From a virus (taxonomy: Duplodnaviria > Caudoviricetes), in the IMG/VR virus record IMGVR_UViG_3300044615_000441, positions 1 to 26,239 of that record: a DNA stretch of 26,239 nt. One strand, written 5' to 3'. This document shows, one piece after another, positions 22,741-26,239 of the stretch (position 1 is its first letter; every line of letters starts with the position of its first letter). The notes beneath the pieces are model-generated. The model was not told where the DNA came from and ran no database searches. It worked only from the letters and a program-made list of their open reading frames with translations. A program made the position numbers and the translations under genes.

Positions 22741-24376
22741 CCCGAGGCTGCTCGACTTCAGGAACTTCCTGTTCCTGGCGTGGAAGCACCTGGGGCTCCC
22801 GGACCCCACCCCGGTCCAGTACGACATCGCCGAGTACCTGCAACACGGCCCACGGCGGTCCGTCGTCGAGGCGTTCCGCGGCGTCGGCAAGTCCTACATC
22901 ACCTCGGCCTTCGTCGTCCACCAGCTTCTGCTGGAGCCCGCCAGGAACATCCTCGTGGTCTCCGCCTCGAAGCAGCGGGCCGACGACTTCTCCACCTTCA
23001 CCCTGCGGCTTATCGAGGAGATGCCGGTCCTGGCACACCTCAGGCCCAAGGAGACCCAGCGATACTCCAAGGTCGCCTTCGACGTCGGACCGGCTCCCGC
23101 ACAGCACGCACCCAGCGTCACCTCCAAGGGCATCACCAGCCAGATCACCGGGTCACGGGCCGACCTCATCGTCGCCGACGACATCGAGGTCCCCAACAAC
23201 TCGATGACCCAGACCATGCGGGAGAAGCTCGCCGAGAGCGTCAAGGAGTTCGACGCGGTCCTGAAGCCCAAGGGCCGCGTGGTCTACCTGGGCACCCCGC
23301 AGACCGAGTCCAGCATCTACAACCTGCTGCCCGACCGCGGCTACGACGTCCGCGTCTGGCCGGCACGGGTCCCCGGGGAACAGCAACGGGCCACCTACGG
23401 ACACCGGCTCGCCAAGCTCGTCGCCGAGGGAACACCCGGATCGCCCACCGATCCCCTCCGGTTCTCCGACCACGAGCTCATCGAGCGTGAGCTCTCCTAC
23501 GGACGGTCCGGGTTCGCACTCCAGTTCATGCTGGACACGTCCCTGAACGACCAGGACCGCTTCCCGCTCAAGCTCCGCGACCTGGTCGTCATGGACCTCA
23601 ACCCCGACCTCGCCCCCGAGAAGGTCGTCTGGGCCTCCGGGACCGACCAGCAGGCACTCGACATCCCCTGCGTCGGACTCAACGGCGACCGCTACCACAA
23701 GCCGATGGCACTCGTGGGCGACTGGGTCCCCTATGCCGGGTCCGTCATGGCCATCGACCCCTCCGGCAAGGGTGCCGACGAGACCGCCTACGCGGTGGTC
23801 AAGATGCTGAATGGGTTCCTGTTCGTCACCGACGCCGGTGGCATCCCCGGCGGCTACTCCGCCGAGACCCTGGAACGGCTCGGGGAGATCGCCCGCCGGC
23901 AGAAGGTCAACCACGTCATCGTCGAGGAGAACTTCGGCGGCGGCATGTTCACCGAGCTGCTCAAGCCCGTGCTCGCCAAGGTCCACCCCTGTGCCATCGA
24001 GGAGGTCCGGCATTCCATCCAGAAGGAACGACGGATCATCGACACCCTGGAGCCCGTGATGAACCAGCACCGGCTGGTGATCGACGCCGGCACCATCCGG
24101 CGGGACTACCAGAGCACCGCATCGAGGTCCTCCGAGACCGGCGTCCAGTACCAACTCATGTACCAGATGTCACGGGTCACCCGGCTCAAGGCGGCACTGG
24201 CACACGATGACCGCCTCGACGCACTGTCCATGGCCGTCCAGTACTGGGCACTCCAGATGGCACAGGACGTCGATCGCAAGATCTCCCAACGCAAGGACCG
24301 GCTGCTGGACAAGGAACTGGAACGGTTCCTGGAACATGCCATCGGCAGGAAACCCCAGCCGGCCACCTGGATGTGA
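22721..24376 (+). CDS. terL: Terminase large subunit, T7 gp19-like
   Basis: AFRGVGKSYIT (Walker A), GSRADLIVADDIE (Walker B), YLGTPQ, IDPSGKGADET and HDDRLDAL nuclease motifs. Confidence 0.97.
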   Translation: MSRSSPDPRLLDFRNFLFLAWKHLGLPDPTPVQYDIAEYLQHGPRRSVVEAFRGVGKSYITSAFVVHQLLLEPARNILVVSASKQRADDFSTFTLRLIEEMPVLAHLRPKETQRYSKVAFDVGPAPAQHAPSVTSKGITSQITGSRADLIVADDIEVPNNSMTQTMREKLAESVKEFDAVLKPKGRVVYLGTPQTESSIYNLLPDRGYDVRVWPARVPGEQQRATYGHRLAKLVAEGTPGSPTDPLRFSDHELIERELSYGRSGFALQFMLDTSLNDQDRFPLKLRDLVVMDLNPDLAPEKVVWASGTDQQALDIPCVGLNGDRYHKPMALVGDWVPYAGSVMAIDPSGKGADETAYAVVKMLNGFLFVTDAGGIPGGYSAETLERLGEIARRQKVNHVIVEENFGGGMFTELLKPVLAKVHPCAIEEVRHSIQKERRIIDTLEPVMNQHRLVIDAGTIRRDYQSTASRSSETGVQYQLMYQMSRVTRLKAALAHDDRLDALSMAVQYWALQMAQDVDRKISQRKDRLLDKELERFLEHAIGRKPQPATWM

Positions 24377-24456
24377 CGGGACAAGGCAAAGGTCACGGCT
24401 CAGGATTGTCCAGGGCCGGGATCCGGGTTCGGAAACGACGTGGATCGGGGGTGACC

Positions 24457-24522
24457 ATGTTCGGGGACGAAGACGATGACTTGGACGACGCGGCGTGGCA
24501 GGAATGGGTGGAATTGGTCTAG
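24457..24522 (+). CDS. Possible 21-aa acidic peptide (MFGDEDDDLDDAAWQEWVELV)
   Basis: ATG preceded by GGGGGTG; strongly acidic composition; too short to verify. Confidence 0.3.
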   Translation: MFGDEDDDLDDAAWQEWVELV

Positions 24523-24687
24523 CGGGCTCCATGGCGATCTCGACGTGCGATGTCGGGATTTCATGGATGGAGAGAACTGTTGCGGCAGTACAATGGTGAA
24601 GGTCGAAGGCAGTTCCCCCACAGGGAACACAGCCCGGTGTGGAGTAAAGGGCCGCACCGGGCATTCCAACCCAGCACTCTCTTCCTC

Positions 24688-24730
24688 AGCCCCCCGGCAG
24701 GTCTACACGGCTTTCCGGGGGGTTCTTCAT
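24688..24730 (+). terminator. Candidate intrinsic terminator of the late operon
   Basis: CCCCCCGG (24690-24697) pairs with CCGGGGGG (24715-24722), followed by TTCTTCAT. Confidence 0.45.
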
Positions 24731-24734
24731 CGGG

Positions 24735-24774
24735 TGGGGAACGGCTGATTGCAAGGTTGGGGAGCGGCTGATTG
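24735..24774. repeat. 17-nt direct repeat x2 (period 23)
   Basis: TGGGGAACGGCTGATTG and TGGGGAGCGGCTGATTG, one mismatch. Confidence 0.8.
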
Positions 24775-24874
24775 TCTGGTGGAAAATCGGCCATTTGGTG
24801 GAAAAATCTCAAAGCCAGTAACGTGTTGCGTTAGTCGCGATTCCCCCCCCTGGCCCCGGTGCCCGAACGGCCGG

Positions 24875-24893
24875 AACGGATTCCGAATCCGTT
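24875..24893. repeat. Perfect 19-bp inverted repeat (operator-like)
   Basis: AACGGATTC-C-GAATCCGTT. Confidence 0.75.
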
Positions 24894-24942
24894 GCCGATC
24901 CCGGCGGGGCAACGGTTTACGCTCGGGCAGTGGCATCGCCGC

Positions 24943-24989
24943 GGGGCAGTGACTCGAGGACGGGGGGCAGTGACTCGAGGACGGGGGGC
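24943..24989. repeat. 21-nt tandem repeat x2
   Basis: CAGTGACTCGAGGACGGGGGG starts at 24947 and at 24968. Confidence 0.9.
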
Positions 24990-25032
24990 GGGGGATCGGC
25001 GAGAGTCTGAAGTAGGGGCCGTAGTTTCGGTC

Positions 25033-25063
25033 AATGGAAAGCCCCGGCCATGGGCACCGGGGC
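25033..25063 (-). terminator. Candidate intrinsic terminator for the minus-strand operon
   Basis: On the minus strand: GCCCCGG-TGCCCATGG-CCGGGGC followed by TTTCCATT, about 30 nt after the last minus-strand ORF. Confidence 0.55.
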
Positions 25064-25092
25064 GAGCGGGGGAGCGGGATCGGTCGGGGCCG

Positions 25093-25164
25093 CTAGTCTT
25101 CAGCGAGGATCCAAGCGACGACGAGCGCGACGACGGCAGCGACAATGTACGCGGCGCGCCTCAT
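25093..25164 (-). CDS. 23-aa single-TM peptide (MRRAAYIVAAVVALVVAWILAED)
   Basis: ATG overlaps the upstream stop (ATGA), with GGTGGTG upstream; RR followed by a hydrophobic helix; below the ORF-track size cut-off. Confidence 0.55.
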   Translation of the reverse strand: MRRAAYIVAAVVALVVAWILAED

Positions 25165-25595
25165 AGGTCACCACCGATCCGGATCCGGCGTCCGCACGCG
25201 GTACAGGTCACCAGCTCCGGCGGCGCGTCGTCGTCCCGGTACACCGGATCCCCGGTCCGGGCGCAGTCGGTGCACCGGACCGAATCATCGGCACCGATCC
25301 ACGCGAGAACGCGGGTATACCCTTCGTCACTGAGAACGTTGGCCGCGATCCACACGATACGCTCGCGATTCTCGGCGTCGTCGGCGAGCTGGTCCGGCGT
25401 CCAGGCACCATACCCTCGGAGCTCCGCCCGAATCGACTCGGGATCCGTTCCCTTCCAGTCAATACGCGGCGTCCAGTGTGCGACGGCATCATCGGCCGGC
25501 TGGCCGGGCCGGGAACAATCGACAACGGCCGCGGCCGGCATCGTGATACAGACCCGATCGAAGTAGCAAGTAAAGAGCGGGGCGGAACGATTCAC
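25161..25595 (-). CDS. Hypothetical phage protein with C-terminal Zn-ribbon
   Basis: Probable GTG start at 25595 overlaps the upstream stop (GTGA); IRAELRGYGAW...DDAENRERIVWIAA core; CTDC...CTAC pair. Confidence 0.7.
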   Translation of the reverse strand: MNRSAPLFTCYFDRVCITMPAAAVVDCSRPGQPADDAVAHWTPRIDWKGTDPESIRAELRGYGAWTPDQLADDAENRERIVWIAANVLSDEGYTRVLAWIGADDSVRCTDCARTGDPVYRDDDAPPELVTCTACGRRIRIGGDL

Positions 25596-26239
25596 GCCGG
25601 CACCGCCCTTCCGCCTACCGTGAGAACTATCGCCCGCTCCCGCGGGGTGACAGTGTGGCCATGCCGAAGATAGTTCACCGGAACGGCCGGATCCGTCCAG
25701 CACGTCCGGCACCGTTCCGCGCCGCAGCTGGAATGTTCGGCAGTCTTCGGGCAGGTCCGGGCCGAATCCGTCGGGGCATCATGCGACGTCGTGCCGGCGG
25801 ACAATCCGTCCACTACTGGCGGGGGATCCCCGAATCGGAGCGCCGAAGGCCGTACGGTGACGTTCGGCAGCTCCGCCAGGCGACGCAGCTCGGGAATCCA
25901 AGCGGGGAAACGGTAAACCCTGGTCGGAAACCAGAAGCGGCACGCCGGCAGCGATTCGGCCACGCGACGCCAACGGACGATCGCGGCCCGATTGTGGAAG
26001 TCTCCCGAATCGTGGACGCGGAAGAATTGCAATCCGAATCCGTCGATAAACTCGGCGATCGCCCCTAGGCACCGATCCGGGGAAGCCTTCAGGTAGGCGA
26101 ATCGTGCCCATTGTGCGTCCCGTACGTTGCGGAACATGTAGGTACCTTGCTGCGCGTAGCAGCCTTCACATATCGACCCGGGCCCGCGAAACTCCGCGGG
26201 GCACGCACCCGCCTTTCCGGCCGGGATCGACCAGCTCCA
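25592..26239 (-). CDS. GP88-like Cys-rich protein, 5' end outside the window
   Basis: Frame is open to the window end: WSWSIPAGKAGACPAEFRGPGSICEGCYAQQGTYMF...FRVHDSGDF...FWFPTR...LPNVTVRPSA...CPKT...CGAERCRTCW, the motif series of the GP88 family as recalled. Confidence 0.75.
   Translation of the reverse strand, partial: WSWSIPAGKAGACPAEFRGPGSICEGCYAQQGTYMFRNVRDAQWARFAYLKASPDRCLGAIAEFIDGFGLQFFRVHDSGDFHNRAAIVRWRRVAESLPACRFWFPTRVYRFPAWIPELRRLAELPNVTVRPSALRFGDPPPVVDGLSAGTTSHDAPTDSARTCPKTAEHSSCGAERCRTCWTDPAVPVNYLRHGHTVTPRERAIVLTVGGRAVPA

Noticed and set aside
1-24376. Genome-wide TAG reassignment (alternative genetic code)
   Set aside because: All conserved genes are intact under code 11 with no internal TAG, and only one suspicious TAG exists, so wholesale recoding is unsupported here.
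24943-24989. Tandem repeat considered as a mini-CRISPR array
   Set aside because: Units are directly adjacent with no spacers, there are only two copies, and no cas genes are present.
25005-25034. Minus-strand sigma70-like promoter (TTGACC...)
   Set aside because: No acceptable -10 hexamer at 16-18 bp spacing.
24400-25145. Tracked ORFs of 60-105 aa in the post-terL region
   Set aside because: Mutually overlapping on both strands, lacking RBS or typical codon bias, and running through repeats and hairpins; probably non-coding.

Overview
GC-rich phage DNA carrying an almost complete T7-like (Autographiviridae-type podovirus) morphogenesis and packaging arm on the + strand. Gene order: portal (truncated at window start), scaffold, a small holin/spanin-like cassette, major capsid, terminator, tail tubular proteins A and B, internal virion proteins (gp13-, gp14-, gp15-like and a 2604-aa gp16-position protein), three tail fibre/collar genes, a small membrane protein, a putative fibre chaperone, and the small and large terminases. 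A roughly 700-bp hairpin- and repeat-rich non-coding region follows, possibly the genome-end/packaging region, and then a convergent minus-strand operon with a GP88-like Cys-rich protein. The most notable feature is the gp16-position protein. It looks like a polyvalent ejection protein with cargo modules: an HExxH metallopeptidase-like domain, an ADP-ribosyltransferase-like domain, a second HExxH domain and a 657-aa unassigned module. Each module ends in the same LFQ (CTGTTYCAG) motif, suggesting a processed polyprotein or a cassette-exchange system for injected effectors. Also notable is the single amber stop in the gp15-like gene, whose in-frame read-through ends exactly in an ATGA overlap with the next gene. 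All family calls come from motif recognition and synteny by eye; no searches were run.
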